Below the pieces are notes generated by a model. The model saw only the letters and a list, made by a program, of their open reading frames with translations. It made no database searches and was not told the origin of the DNA. Shown here piece by piece: positions 20,871 to 31,861 of a DNA stretch of 64,000 nucleotides. Each line of letters opens with the position of its first letter. The stretch's first letter is position 1. This stretch comes from an uncultured virus (IMG/VR IMGVR_UViG_3300044612_002649) (taxonomy: Duplodnaviria > Heunggongvirae > Uroviricota > Caudoviricetes): IMG/VR virus record IMGVR_UViG_3300044612_002649; one strand, given 5' to 3'. The position numbers and the translations under genes were made by a program.

Positions 20871-21461
20871 TTATTTTCTCTTTGTAATAATTTCATCAAT
20901 CAACCCATACGCAAGTGCTTCTTCGGCAGACATGAATTTATCACGTTCCATATCCAAAGAGAACTCGTCAAACGTTTTACCTTTACTGTTATGATCAACA
21001 TAGATCTGGGTTAAGTTCTTTTTCATTTTCAAGATTTCTTCAACTTGAATTTGCATGTCAGTAGCTTGCCCACCAGCACCACCACTCGGTTGATGAATCA
21101 TATGCCTAGCATTTGGAAGCATGAATCTTTTTCCAGGGGCACCAGCAGTTGCTAATAAAGATCCCATTGAACATGCTTGACCCATGACAATTGTACTTAC
21201 ATCTGGTTTGATGAATTGCATTGTGTCGTAGATAGCCATACCTGCAGTAACCACACCACCTGGACTGTTAATAAAGAAGTTAATGTCTTCATTCCCTTGA
21301 CTTTCTAAAAATAAAAGTTGAGCAACAATCACACTAGCAGAATGCTCATTCACGCCTGTATCAAGCATGATGATCCGATCTTTCATCAATCTGCTGTACA
21401 GGTCATACGAACGTTCACCTCGGGCTTCTTGTTCTACTACCATTGGGATTAAACTAGGCAT
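20871..21461 (-). CDS. clpP: ATP-dependent Clp protease proteolytic subunit
   Basis: FINSPGG, ACSMG, MIHQP, MERD. Confidence 0.95.
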   Translation of the reverse strand: MPSLIPMVVEQEARGERSYDLYSRLMKDRIIMLDTGVNEHSASVIVAQLLFLESQGNEDINFFINSPGGVVTAGMAIYDTMQFIKPDVSTIVMGQACSMGSLLATAGAPGKRFMLPNARHMIHQPSGGAGGQATDMQIQVEEILKMKKNLTQIYVDHNSKGKTFDEFSLDMERDKFMSAEEALAYGLIDEIITKRK

Positions 21462-21474
21462 ATTTGTTCCTTTG

Positions 21475-21777
21475 TTATTGTATGTTAAAGTTAATAGTAA
21501 GTGATGTCAGCCTGTCCCATGAGAAAGATCTCCATGCAGAGTTATCCAAATCGTAGACCGGTAAAACATTCTCATTAATTATACGCTCTTTCTTCGGTGT
21601 GTCAACTGATTTTTCAATTTGTGGAATCAATGATGTATCCAAGGTGCATTTCATTTCCCGACTAGTACCATCCAATTTCAAAAATGAAATATTAACAGTA
21701 CCGTTTTCCAAACAATATTTTACGCATTCTTTGAATTGTTCTCTATCTTCTGATGTCATTTCATTTATGGTCATCAA
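21475..21777 (-). CDS. WYL/SH3-like phage protein
   Basis: [15 protein letters not shown]...[12 protein letters not shown]. Confidence 0.65.
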   Translation of the reverse strand: MMTINEMTSEDREQFKECVKYCLENGTVNISFLKLDGTSREMKCTLDTSLIPQIEKSVDTPKKERIINENVLPVYDLDNSAWRSFSWDRLTSLTINFNIQ

Positions 21778-21931
21778 TTTCTTTCTCCGTGAGTTGTTTA
21801 AAATTTTCTAATTCTGATTCAAGATACCCAACTTTAGCTTCTAATTCATCAATATAAGTCGCAATTAGCTCATAAAATGAAGTAGAATTTGAAGTTGTTT
21901 GTCGTAGTAATGCACTTATAGTGTTAGACAT

Positions 21932-22789
21932 TTAAATCTCCAATAAAATATTTGGGTCCCAACCAGTGTTTTCGTTGTATCTTTCGTTTTCATACCCCCT
22001 AGGATTGCATACCACTCTAGTTCCGCCAATCATATAATCGAACGGAGAGTGAGTATGCCCATGAGTAAATAAAATTATTTCTGGATTATCCAAAATGAAT
22101 TCACTCAAGTCACTGTGATATCCACCATTCATTTCATGATCTGTGGCGTACCGTGGATGTATACTTAAATGACTTGGACTATGATGAGTTACCATCACAA
22201 ATTTTTCAACGCCGTTATCTTTTAATTCTTTGATTGTTTTTTTAAAATAGTTTAGGGTTTCATTATGCCTAGTCACGGTATCTTCCGGTCGTATTTTACG
22301 ATACCCAGATCTATCATGTTTAATCATATGATAATCATTCATGCTAGCTTTCAACATGTACATGGTCATATGATCCATTTTGTTACAATCAGTCCACAAT
22401 GTTCCACCAATAAATGCGATATTATCAATTATTGTATAATCTTTTTCCAAGAAAAAGATATTTGGATATTGGCGACATTCTTCATAAAGATATTCAATAC
22501 CTGCATAGAATTTCCCACCGTATAATTCGTGATTACCGGCTACATATACTACTTTAGGAAAATCAGAGCTAACCTGTTTTAAAAAAGTTCTAAATCGATC
22601 AGCTGCATCCATCCTATGACTATATTTTTCCATTGCGCCATATTCGTATGGATCAGGTGCTGGAAAATCATGTAGATATTCAGCAATCATTATATCACCA
22701 GAAAGAATCAATACATCATAATCTTTATCATTAGGAATGACAAGATTTGAGAATTCTAAATGGGCATCACTTACTAGTTTTATTTTCAT
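21932..22789 (-). CDS. Calcineurin-like metallophosphoesterase
   Basis: SDAH, GD, GNHE, THH, HGHTH. Confidence 0.9.
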   Translation of the reverse strand: MKIKLVSDAHLEFSNLVIPNDKDYDVLILSGDIMIAEYLHDFPAPDPYEYGAMEKYSHRMDAADRFRTFLKQVSSDFPKVVYVAGNHELYGGKFYAGIEYLYEECRQYPNIFFLEKDYTIIDNIAFIGGTLWTDCNKMDHMTMYMLKASMNDYHMIKHDRSGYRKIRPEDTVTRHNETLNYFKKTIKELKDNGVEKFVMVTHHSPSHLSIHPRYATDHEMNGGYHSDLSEFILDNPEIILFTHGHTHSPFDYMIGGTRVVCNPRGYENERYNENTGWDPNILLEI

Positions 22790-23160
22790 TAAGTATTTTC
22801 TCCCTGTATTCAAGCCAATTAGTCATCCAATCTATGTGAGCTTGAACCAAATCTGGCCTGGAAGCAAGTATAGGCGTCCATAATTTATAATACAATGAAT
22901 AAACCCACCAATGATAAAATCTAATTTTCATTATCGTCTTCCTCGTCATATGGTTCAACTGACAACACATTTGCCGCATCAGCGGCAATTGTACTGTGTG
23001 ATATAGCAACGTTCGCCAACTTATCAGCAATACCTTTAGGCTGGCAATCAACTGGTAATGATTCAACATCATAGTTACCAAAATCAACTATTGCTTCTAT
23101 TACAATTTTATATTTCATTGTTAATTATACTCGCATTATCGTGTTCTGTCAACATAAACT

Positions 23161-23397
23161 TCATAGACGGTATGTAATGCGACCTTTATTAAGGTCATAT
23201 GGACTGGTTTCAAGTTTCACCTTATCACCTTGTATGACTCGGATTTTATGTTGTTTGAGTTTTCCACCCAAATAGCATATTAAAATGTGATTTGTATTTT
23301 CAATTTGAACTTTAAACATATTACCTGGTAATACGTCGTTGACCATACCGGTCATTTCTATCATATCTTCTTTACTCATGTGTTTGGATTTATCCAC
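23161..23397 (-). CDS. infA: Translation initiation factor IF-1
   Basis: KEDMIEMTG.V...LP...GK...IRV..GDKV..E.SPYDL.KGRI.YR. Confidence 0.92.
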   Translation of the reverse strand: MDKSKHMSKEDMIEMTGMVNDVLPGNMFKVQIENTNHILICYLGGKLKQHKIRVIQGDKVKLETSPYDLNKGRITYRL

Positions 23398-23404
23398 TTT
23401 TCTC

Positions 23405-23854
23405 CTAATTATCTTTGACTACTATCCACCCAAGTGAACGCAGATCATTTTTTATTTCGTCAGTAACTCTGCCTTCTGGTACATAACCAATCGGCAGTGG
23501 AAATTCATCATCTTGATTTTCACTTCCTATACCAGAAGAATACCAATCCATATAATCACCGGTGCCGATAATGTCAGCAACAATGCTACCAGCAGATCGC
23601 CAGCTCACACTCCAAAATTTTGTTGCTAGCATATCCCAGGTATTATCGGATTGAATGAACCTATTGTTACAAAATGCAGCATATAAGTTTTGTGCGTAAA
23701 CTTCTGAGTTACGAACTTTCTCTAGCATCCATTCAGAATGCAATATATGATGTTCTAAATCTTTGTCATTAAATTCTTCAGATGGAAGTATAAAATTTTC
23801 ATCATCATTTAATGCGGAAAGTATATCCTGTAATCTTTGATTATCCTTATTCAT
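23405..23854 (-). CDS. Hypothetical phage protein
   Basis: 149-aa ORF. Confidence 0.65.
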   Translation of the reverse strand: MNKDNQRLQDILSALNDDENFILPSEEFNDKDLEHHILHSEWMLEKVRNSEVYAQNLYAAFCNNRFIQSDNTWDMLATKFWSVSWRSAGSIVADIIGTGDYMDWYSSGIGSENQDDEFPLPIGYVPEGRVTDEIKNDLRSLGWIVVKDN

Positions 23855-23856
23855 TA

Positions 23857-24183
23857 TTACTTATGAAATTCTCCCTGGAAACAATGGCGCATCTCATGCC
23901 CAATTGTCCACATATCAACAGTTTTAGATGTTATCACGTGACATACATACTGTTTACTTTTATTTTGAAATCTGAACGAACATGCATCAATTGCATATCC
24001 AAATCCAGCATTACCATACTCTTTACTTTTAGCTTCACATGCAGCTTGGATATTGTCTGCATAATCCCAAACCATAATTGTTTGATTTGTAAAATTCTTT
24101 GATGCTGAGAACTTATCATATGGGGTCTCACAGTATGCAACCGATGAGAATAAAGCAATTAGCAAAGTGATTTGTAATTTCAT
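23857..24183 (-). CDS. Secreted protein with an HExxH motif
   Basis: Signal peptide; GHEMRHC. Confidence 0.6.
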   Translation of the reverse strand: MKLQITLLIALFSSVAYCETPYDKFSASKNFTNQTIMVWDYADNIQAACEAKSKEYGNAGFGYAIDACSFRFQNKSKQYVCHVITSKTVDMWTIGHEMRHCFQGEFHK

Positions 24184-24240
24184 TGTGTATAGGTGTGTAA
24201 AATGACTGATATATAATTATATATCAGTCATTGAAGATTA

Positions 24241-25134
24241 TCAAGCAGTTTCTAAAAAATTTCTAACCCACGCTAACCGTTCTTGCTCAGAAAGATTATA
24301 AAATTCTTCAATGTTAGCTTGAATGTGATCTATGAGTGGATAATATTCCTCATCGACTTTTTGTTTCACACCTGGTGACATTAATTTACCAGTAGTTGGA
24401 TTTCGTGATACAAATTTTTTTACCAAGTAATATGGGCTTTTAATTTTAGCACTACGACCATCTTCTGTATAAAAAACAAATCCTTCATGCTTCACATGTT
24501 TAACCATGTTACGCAATGTACCAAACTGTAAATGATGGGACCCAATAGTATGGCATCCAAACTGGTTTGCTAAAATATAAAGAGTATCCAATTCATATTG
24601 TACATCACTTTCCCATGAATTTTCACGGTAACCCAAAAGATACATACCGATATCTTCTGGTATGATGTGTGGATCATTTTGATGAACACATTCAAACATG
24701 AATGTGAACCCACTCCATCGTTTACAAATATCTCGATATCTATTTTTGTCAATTAATTCCAATGCCATTTTCACGTAATCAGAATCAGTTGAGCCGGTAG
24801 TAGACACTAGAATATCATTATCATACCATGTGATAGCCACCATGAATCCATTGACTTTACGAAATGCAGTAACTAATGTTGATGGAGATATAATAGGCGC
24901 TCTATCTTCAATACCATAGTTATAAATCTTTGTGAATGATCTTGAAACAACATTATATTCATCATCAACCAATGTACCACGACATTCTTCAAGATAATTA
25001 TTCCACAAGTTATCGTAAAATACTCGTTTTTTGTATTTCAGTACATATACACCAGGATAAGATGTGGTTTTGCGTGAAACCAACTGTGAATTAGTTTCAA
25101 CAAATTTTTTAATATCATCTTTCATTATTTCCAC
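24241..25134 (-). CDS. RNA ligase, T4 Rnl1-like
   Basis: ECRG, KVNG adenylation motif, TFMFE, HEGFV, KIKSPYY. Confidence 0.8.
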   Translation of the reverse strand: MEIMKDDIKKFVETNSQLVSRKTTSYPGVYVLKYKKRVFYDNLWNNYLEECRGTLVDDEYNVVSRSFTKIYNYGIEDRAPIISPSTLVTAFRKVNGFMVAITWYDNDILVSTTGSTDSDYVKMALELIDKNRYRDICKRWSGFTFMFECVHQNDPHIIPEDIGMYLLGYRENSWESDVQYELDTLYILANQFGCHTIGSHHLQFGTLRNMVKHVKHEGFVFYTEDGRSAKIKSPYYLVKKFVSRNPTTGKLMSPGVKQKVDEEYYPLIDHIQANIEEFYNLSEQERLAWVRNFLETA

Positions 25135-25673
25135 CCATGAGTTCTAATACCACTGGTTAATGCATCATTTACAATGTCATCCAATAATGATACTACATTC
25201 CCAGTCGCGTCAAATCCAACATCGCGTACTCGACAATGTGTTAATCCACTAGGATTCCCATGTAAGTGGCCATGAAGCATGATTGATCCATGATGACATT
25301 GATTCCATTCAGAAATAGGATAATGCATCATACAAATTTTATGACCATTGTGTTTGATTTCATGGTATGTATAAACTGCTTCAAAACAATTCCTAAATTC
25401 ATCATTTTCAACTAATCGACTATCATGATTTCCTTCAATAAGAATTTTACGACCATTCAGTGCACGTACATGGGAAATTGCTTTTGATGGTTTGCAAAAT
25501 GCAACATCCCCCAATATATAAACCAAGTCAGTAGGGGAAACTTTTTCATTCCATATGTTTTTCATTTCTGAATTCATATGTTCGATATCATTAAATACAC
25601 CCCGAGTAGCAGGATTATATTTCAGGATATTAGCATGATCGAAATGTAAATCAGATGTTATCCAACTGTTCAT
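25125..25673 (-). CDS. Metallophosphoesterase
   Basis: TSDLHF, LGD, GNHD, HGHLH. Confidence 0.85.
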   Translation of the reverse strand: MNSWITSDLHFDHANILKYNPATRGVFNDIEHMNSEMKNIWNEKVSPTDLVYILGDVAFCKPSKAISHVRALNGRKILIEGNHDSRLVENDEFRNCFEAVYTYHEIKHNGHKICMMHYPISEWNQCHHGSIMLHGHLHGNPSGLTHCRVRDVGFDATGNVVSLLDDIVNDALTSGIRTHGWK

Positions 25674-25945
25674 GAGAGTTCCATATGTAATTAAATAAAA
25701 AAATTATTGTATCACGCTATTTTTATTTGTCAATTACTTTCAAATTTAAAATTCGATCCATTGCAAATATGTAGCAGTGTTTAAATTCCTCGCCGGTTGG
25801 ACAGGGTTTTGTCAATTCAGCTAAATTATTACACACATCTGCACACTCGTCAATTGTTTTGTTGCGAATTTCTGTTATTAGTTGATTAAGTTCTCGTGTA
25901 TTAAATACGTAGCCATGTTCCCGCTCATTAAATGAATCTAGATTA

Positions 25946-26200
25946 TCAAGTATGCTCATAATTACTCCACTTTTCCACAAATTGTGTAAATTGCTCATTT
26001 GTCATGAAATGCAACGTATTAACACCAGATCTGTACGCATATAAAGGGTTTAGCATTCCACCAAATCGTTGCAATTCGTGGTAAGTTAATGAAACCATCG
26101 CCGAGTAATTGCTGTTTGTGCTTTTTAGTACATATGATTGGAAATTAGACCAGTAAATAGGCTGTGTTTTATCTGTGAATTCTACTTTAATACCGTACAT
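25946..26200 (-). CDS. Hypothetical protein
   Basis: 84-aa ORF with RBS. Confidence 0.5.
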   Translation of the reverse strand: MYGIKVEFTDKTQPIYWSNFQSYVLKSTNSNYSAMVSLTYHELQRFGGMLNPLYAYRSGVNTLHFMTNEQFTQFVEKWSNYEHT

Positions 26201-26208
26201 ACATCACC

Positions 26209-27009
26209 TTATCGAATTTTTAACATTGTTTCATATGAATAATTACATTCCATATATTTTGACGGTGTTTTTAGATATGTTTCTGCTAAATCACCATCAC
26301 GTTTTGGAAGAATTTTCACATCAAACTCGGATTTATTAACTTTTTTATAAGTTTCTATAATTTGTTTAACAGATCGAGGGTCACCATATGCCAAATTTTC
26401 AATATTATTAGCCGGGTTACCTATTGCATTAATAATTCCGAGACAAATATCATTTACATGGATGTATTCCCTAATACAAGTTCCATCAAAGGTATCATAA
26501 TCATCCCCATACAAGTTGATATACCCACGTTCCTCTGCTTTAACCAAATTATAGAATAACCCATCTGGATTAGTTGGTTCAAAACCATCAGAACCAATGA
26601 CATTATAAAATCTGAAGATTGTATAGTCAGTTTTATTAACTCTTGCATACTCCTTGACTATATCTTCCGCTGCTCGTTTAGACAACCCGTAAGGTGATCC
26701 TGGGTTTTCAGCAGCACCAGTACTTGCAAATATAAAATGCTTATATTTAACCTTACTCAAGACATTATTCGTACCATTTATGTTGGTATTATAATATATT
26801 GTTGGTTTATCAACAGATTCACCCACTTTAACTAATGCAGCTAGGTGGATAACCGTATCCACCTCAATTTCCGGCACATTGTAGGTAATATCCACGATAT
26901 TGTCAACTTTATCAATGCCTATAACCTCAATTCCACCAATTTGTTCCAGCATTTTACACAAATGCTGACCAATATATCCTTTATATCCTGTTACAAGTAT
27001 CTTTCTCAT
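26209..27009 (-). CDS. NAD-dependent epimerase (GalE-like)
   Basis: VTGYKGYIG, HLAA, YGLSK, FRFYNV, DGTCIREYIHV. Confidence 0.88.
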   Translation of the reverse strand: MRKILVTGYKGYIGQHLCKMLEQIGGIEVIGIDKVDNIVDITYNVPEIEVDTVIHLAALVKVGESVDKPTIYYNTNINGTNNVLSKVKYKHFIFASTGAAENPGSPYGLSKRAAEDIVKEYARVNKTDYTIFRFYNVIGSDGFEPTNPDGLFYNLVKAEERGYINLYGDDYDTFDGTCIREYIHVNDICLGIINAIGNPANNIENLAYGDPRSVKQIIETYKKVNKSEFDVKILPKRDGDLAETYLKTPSKYMECNYSYETMLKIR

Positions 27010-27159
27010 TATTCCTCTTTTTTATGTTTATGTTCTACACTAATACATGTAAAAACCTTGTTACCAACATAGAATTTACCCAATTTTTCACATTCGGTTG
27101 CAATAATGTTGTGTGCATATATCCACCCAACGAACATACCTAGTAAAAATAGTATCATT

Positions 27160-27624
27160 TTACCCACCATACCATATTTCATCAAATCCCTCCGCTAATG
27201 TAGGAATTTCCAAAGATGATTTCATTCTACACAATGTGTTATATGAAATGGATTTACCAGGACGCGAATTTAATCGTATGGTTAATTCAGCTTCATCCGG
27301 TACTTTAAAAAAAACTGCTATTTTATAATAATCAGTAAATTTTGCAAGTTTTTTCTTACGTACTTTTGCTGATGTATTGGTTTGATCCCAGATTACATCT
27401 TTATTGTTTGATATTGCATTAATTACATCTTGCTTTACCAATTTTTCGGCAATTTTGATGTATTTTCTATATACTTCGTCATGAGTTTTTCCAACACTGA
27501 TGGCATACTTATCAATATGATTATCACTGCTGATATAAAATGCATCTTTAAGCCAATCTTGATTATTAACCCAAGTACTTTTTCCAGAACCAGGTATACC
27601 TATCATCATGTACAGTTTTTTCAT
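27160..27624 (-). CDS. P-loop polynucleotide-kinase-like protein
   Basis: GIPGSGKST; WDQTN...R; EGFDEI. Confidence 0.8.
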   Translation of the reverse strand: MKKLYMMIGIPGSGKSTWVNNQDWLKDAFYISSDNHIDKYAISVGKTHDEVYRKYIKIAEKLVKQDVINAISNNKDVIWDQTNTSAKVRKKKLAKFTDYYKIAVFFKVPDEAELTIRLNSRPGKSISYNTLCRMKSSLEIPTLAEGFDEIWYGG

Positions 27625-27639
27625 TTATTTGGTACCTCA

Positions 27640-28017
27640 TCATGTTATCGATACCACCACACTGTTACGAATAACGATAGTGTAAGTATCTCGATTAATT
27701 TTTCCATTTTTCATAAACTTAATTGCGGCCTTTGTGTTAGCATCCATAATCTCAGTAACAATCGGGTCAATCTCAATACCTTTAACCCGTTCTAAATATC
27801 GGATGATAGCATGCTCAGAAACGATTGGTTCTTTTTCTGTTTGTTCTTCTAATAGAGTGTTGTATTGAGTTTGTATTGCATTCAGTTTATTGCGAATTTT
27901 TGCTAATTCAGCTTGTTTTTCCGAAACTTCTTTCCCCATAACTTCAGATTCGGCGGTCAACTTAACAATCTGTGTTTTTAAACTTTTTAATTCGGTTGAA
28001 CTTTTGTAGTTGGTCAT
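27640..28017 (-). CDS. Hypothetical coiled-coil protein
   Basis: Heptad region then VSEHAIIRYLER. Confidence 0.6.
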   Translation of the reverse strand: MTNYKSSTELKSLKTQIVKLTAESEVMGKEVSEKQAELAKIRNKLNAIQTQYNTLLEEQTEKEPIVSEHAIIRYLERVKGIEIDPIVTEIMDANTKAAIKFMKNGKINRDTYTIVIRNSVVVSIT

Positions 28018-28084
28018 TTTATTACACCGTTTATCGAAAATGTAATTATATATGGCCAAGTGTGGAATGTCAATAAATATTTCA

Positions 28085-29122
28085 ATGAGTACATTAATAA
28101 AACCATTAGAACCCAGAGAAATTTTGAAAAGATTGCGGTCATCTGCAAAAAAGAGAGGAATTGAGTAGGTTCAATGAAGGCGATTAGAGTGACGGTTTAC
28201 AAGTTTAGTTGAGTTTGCATAAATACATCATACAGTGTTAGTCGCAGATTGCCGTCTCACTAACTCTAGTCATTCTTTCATTAATTACAGGAACTAATAT
28301 GACCAGCAATACTATTTATACCCCATTTACTTATTGTATTACATTTACAATAACTGGACAGAAATATTACGGTGTTCGATATGCAAAAAACTGTCATCCA
28401 ATGCAATTATGGACAACATACTTTACGTCATCAGTTACTATTAAAAATTTAATTATTTTATATGGGAAGGATGTATTTTTGTACGAAATACGAAAAACAT
28501 TTTCTTCTGCAGCTGATGCTCGTAATTATGAACATAAATTCTTATCAAAAATAAATGCTGCAAAGAATCCAAAATGGTTAAATTCATCAAATGGCAGTGG
28601 TAAGTTTCATTGTACTCCAGAAAGTTCGGCGAAAGCTGGATTTAAACATAGAGGAAGAACAATCTCGGTTGAAACAAGAGAAAAGATAAGAAATTCGTCT
28701 AAAGGAAGACAAAATGTAAGAAAGGGGAAATGTGGAGTAGTATCGAATGAAACTAAATTAAAAATTTCTGCTTCTTCGAAAGGAATATCAAAACCCTCAA
28801 AAACAATATGTTGTCCATATTGTTTTTTAGAAATTAAAGGTGCATCAAATGCTAAAAGATGGCATTTTGAAAATTGTAAAAAACATCCAGATTATATAAA
28901 GCCGGTTGCACTACAAAAACCAATGATTCATTGTCCATTTTGTAGTTCTTCCAGTTCTAATAGATTAAATATGCAACGATGGCATTTTGAAAATTGTAAA
29001 AATAAGTAATTACTTATCTTTATTTAGCAGACAACATTGAAATTATATCTTTTAGAGCAAATAGGGCCAAGAATAATTTATCTGCTGATGAATTGAAAAA
29101 GTTTAGCCAATATTTTGGCTAA
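28085..29122 (+). pseudogene. Remnants of a gene disrupted by the 28299-29009 endonuclease
   Basis: MSTLIKPLEPREILKRLRSSAKKRGIE* at 28085-28168 and YLADNIEIISFRANRAKNNLSADELKKFSQYFG* at 29021-29122. Confidence 0.55.
28299..29009 (+). CDS. GIY-YIG (Seg-like) homing endonuclease
   Basis: FTY...KYYGVR...YFTSS; two CPxC...RWHFENCK repeats. Confidence 0.8.
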   Translation: MTSNTIYTPFTYCITFTITGQKYYGVRYAKNCHPMQLWTTYFTSSVTIKNLIILYGKDVFLYEIRKTFSSAADARNYEHKFLSKINAAKNPKWLNSSNGSGKFHCTPESSAKAGFKHRGRTISVETREKIRNSSKGRQNVRKGKCGVVSNETKLKISASSKGISKPSKTICCPYCFLEIKGASNAKRWHFENCKKHPDYIKPVALQKPMIHCPFCSSSSSNRLNMQRWHFENCKNK

Positions 29123-29143
29123 ACTTTTCACAATGATGATACG

Positions 29144-30736
29144 TTATTTTGCACAAGTGTTAGATTCACGTAATGTATTAAATAACAGTTTTATATCACC
29201 GGTTTCCATGTTAATTCGATTGAATAGCTCAGGATATTTCAAACTCAAAAGCGTATAAATCGATTCTTCTGTACCAATAGTATTATGGATTACTGAATTA
29301 TTCAATTCTTCAGTATACAACTTGGTAATTTCATTAATTTGATCGGGTGTGCCACCGAAAAATGAGGCTCGGCATACGTAATTTTCATATCCACCTGCAA
29401 ATTCTTTCAATTTAAAAATATTGTATCCATGAATTTCAGAATTTGTATAATAAGTAAATGACGGCATGAAAAATTTATCTTTTGGAAGTTTCGTAAAATA
29501 AAATGTATCAAGCGGTTCAGTTATGTTAAAACTGCTGCATATTCCAGAATCAATCCAATAATAATACGAACTATGTGAGTACTTCATAGCCCGTTGCAAT
29601 AATTCTTGTTTTGCAAGAGTTAATGGTACATACTCCGGTGTTGCCAACGCACTATCTTTAATCCAATCAGATTGGGTCACCCACGTGCTTTGATTGGTTA
29701 TTAGATTTACTACATCATAAAAATGCAGATTATGAATATCATTAATATCATATTTTATTAGTACAATTGGTCGATGGGCACGAATTTCTCTAATTTTATC
29801 AAAGTATTTTTCCTCAGTATACAACACAATTGGGTGTCTACTGTGTAATAACTTTGTCAAACTAGGGAGATAATGCTCCTCAAAATCCCTATCAGAACGC
29901 CCGATATTCACCGCCATTGAAACCAACGTGATATCAGTAGGCGGTTTCCAATGGGTATCCCATTGCAAATAATCGAATTTAGGGAATGTTCTAGCATCTT
30001 GTAATTCTGCTGGGTAATAATCTTCGGGAGTTGTGCCGTCATTTGGTCTCTTCCCAGCCATTTTACTACACGAGTCACCTAAATGAACAACATATTGACC
30101 ATTTAGAAATACTGATTTAAGACCCAATCCTAAAAACCGTCTATCAATATTCCATTCGTTATGCCATTTTTCAACACGCCCTAATAGGATTAAATCATCA
30201 CGACGTTTCAAATTTGGACTACCAACCCATCCATACCAATGCAAATGATAGTCAGAAATCCGCCACAATTTTTTATAATAGAACATTTCATCAATTAATT
30301 CCGGCTCATAACTATCAATTCCTTGCCAATCAAACGTTCTCCAGGAAATGTCGATAACACCAATGTGCCTATGTTTTTCTAGGATTGATTTTGATTGTTG
30401 CATGTACCCACCTTTTGTGAATTCCCAATCATCTTCAAGATAAAAAATATAATCAGTATCACAATAGGAAACCATGAAATCCATGGCCCACCATTGACTG
30501 CGATTTGACGGAAAGCATACTACATCACAAAATGACCCATAGCGTTCAACAAGAGTTTCGAAAACTCCATCAGCAGCACTATCATCAACGATCACCATTT
30601 TTGTAGGATAGTCATTAGTGTTAAGAAATGATCTCAGAGTCTTTTCTAATACATCTAATCGATCACAACTTAATACAAAAGTTGTAATATCGGTTTCCGG
30701 CTGATCTACCGTGTGAATATGTAATTTGTTTAACAT
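29144..30736 (-). CDS. Two-domain glycosyltransferase (GT-A plus HtrL/YibB-like)
   Basis: IVDD, FYLEDDW; C-terminal YYWIDSG, FFGG, IGTEES. Confidence 0.7.
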   Translation of the reverse strand: MLNKLHIHTVDQPETDITTFVLSCDRLDVLEKTLRSFLNTNDYPTKMVIVDDSAADGVFETLVERYGSFCDVVCFPSNRSQWWAMDFMVSYCDTDYIFYLEDDWEFTKGGYMQQSKSILEKHRHIGVIDISWRTFDWQGIDSYEPELIDEMFYYKKLWRISDYHLHWYGWVGSPNLKRRDDLILLGRVEKWHNEWNIDRRFLGLGLKSVFLNGQYVVHLGDSCSKMAGKRPNDGTTPEDYYPAELQDARTFPKFDYLQWDTHWKPPTDITLVSMAVNIGRSDRDFEEHYLPSLTKLLHSRHPIVLYTEEKYFDKIREIRAHRPIVLIKYDINDIHNLHFYDVVNLITNQSTWVTQSDWIKDSALATPEYVPLTLAKQELLQRAMKYSHSSYYYWIDSGICSSFNITEPLDTFYFTKLPKDKFFMPSFTYYTNSEIHGYNIFKLKEFAGGYENYVCRASFFGGTPDQINEITKLYTEELNNSVIHNTIGTEESIYTLLSLKYPELFNRINMETGDIKLLFNTLRESNTCAK

Positions 30737-30739
30737 TAT

Positions 30740-31174
30740 TTAAATTGCCCATGATAAAATTAAGTTGTCAACAACCGTTGATGCAACTTTTCCATCATAT
30801 TGTCCTGCATACGTTTCTTTTAAAGCCTTCATTGCGGATGGTTTACCACCTTCTCTCACAAATGGTATGACAAATGCTTCGATTTCCATCTCTGTTAATT
30901 GTTGCGGCAAGTATGCATTTAATATGTCGCGTTCTGCTTCATATTTTGAAACATCTACTTGTTTAGTTATCCCAACAGAGATGCATTCATTTAAATTTTT
31001 AATAAATTTTCTAATGACACTAACTTCTGCATCTGTCGATTCACGCTTACCATCATTCAAACCAACATTTGCTGCTTCGCTATACAATGTAGTTAAAAGG
31101 TTTATTGACAATTTATCTGTTCCAGCTTTTCGTAATCCAAACAGGTCTGTTTTAATTTTTAATAATAGTTCCAT
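30740..31174 (-). CDS. GatB/YqeY domain protein
   Basis: E.DILNAYLPQQLTE...YAGQYDGK. Confidence 0.8.
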   Translation of the reverse strand: MELLLKIKTDLFGLRKAGTDKLSINLLTTLYSEAANVGLNDGKRESTDAEVSVIRKFIKNLNECISVGITKQVDVSKYEAERDILNAYLPQQLTEMEIEAFVIPFVREGGKPSAMKALKETYAGQYDGKVASTVVDNLILSWAI

Positions 31175-31364
31175 GATTATACCCCTCGTGTGGTGTATTG
31201 AGCCACGCAGATGCTTCATCAGCTAACGATGCTTGTAAATTAGCAGAGATGATGACTTCTGCCAAAATATCACCAATATCATGCAAATCTGGTTGATAAA
31301 GTCCGCAGCCGTTTTCTAATAAAATTTCGTTAATACGATCTAATGTTTTTTCAATATAACTCAT
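31152..31364 (-). CDS. Hypothetical protein
   Basis: 70-aa ORF. Confidence 0.45.
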   Translation of the reverse strand: MSYIEKTLDRINEILLENGCGLYQPDLHDIGDILAEVIISANLQASLADEASAWLNTPHEGYNHGTIIKN

Positions 31365-31807
31365 AAAAGTTTTAAATGTCCTGTTATTGGATCAATATTT
31401 TCTGGGTAATCCGGCCCAAGCGCTAAACAAGTAAGTGTCGGTATCCCATTAAATTCAGTTAAACCTGCATCTTTAATTAGTTTAACATTAACCTTATTGT
31501 CCAATGCTTTTTGGTAAATATCAAGTAATTCTTGCTCACTATCAACAGAAACACAAACTTTGGTAAATCTACCTTCTAACCATTCTTTAAGAGGCTGTTT
31601 ATTTAATTGGATTACAGCACAATTTCCTAGCTGAGATGCATAATTGTGATAACCATCGTTATAATCGATAGTTGCATCTAAATATATCTCGCTGTAGTTA
31701 AGAATAGCTCCTAATGATGCGTGGCTTGCTTGAGCTGCAATTTTGCCTTTTCTCATATTAAGGTCTTTTCTAACTACAATTACTTGTTTTGGTTCATTTT
31801 TTGACAT
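31361..31807 (-). CDS. pth2: Peptidyl-tRNA hydrolase 2
   Basis: KQVIVVRKDL.M.KGKIAAQASHA...KVC...DAGLTE...GP. Confidence 0.92.
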   Translation of the reverse strand: MSKNEPKQVIVVRKDLNMRKGKIAAQASHASLGAILNYSEIYLDATIDYNDGYHNYASQLGNCAVIQLNKQPLKEWLEGRFTKVCVSVDSEQELLDIYQKALDNKVNVKLIKDAGLTEFNGIPTLTCLALGPDYPENIDPITGHLKLL

Positions 31808-31820
31808 AATTATCCTAAAT

Positions 31821-31847
31821 AAAAAAGGTGCCGAAGCACCTTTTTTT
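31821..31847. terminator. Bidirectional intrinsic terminator
   Basis: AAAAAAGGTGC-CGAA-GCACCTTTTTT. Confidence 0.8.
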
Positions 31848-31861
31848 GTTTTTACATTGAT

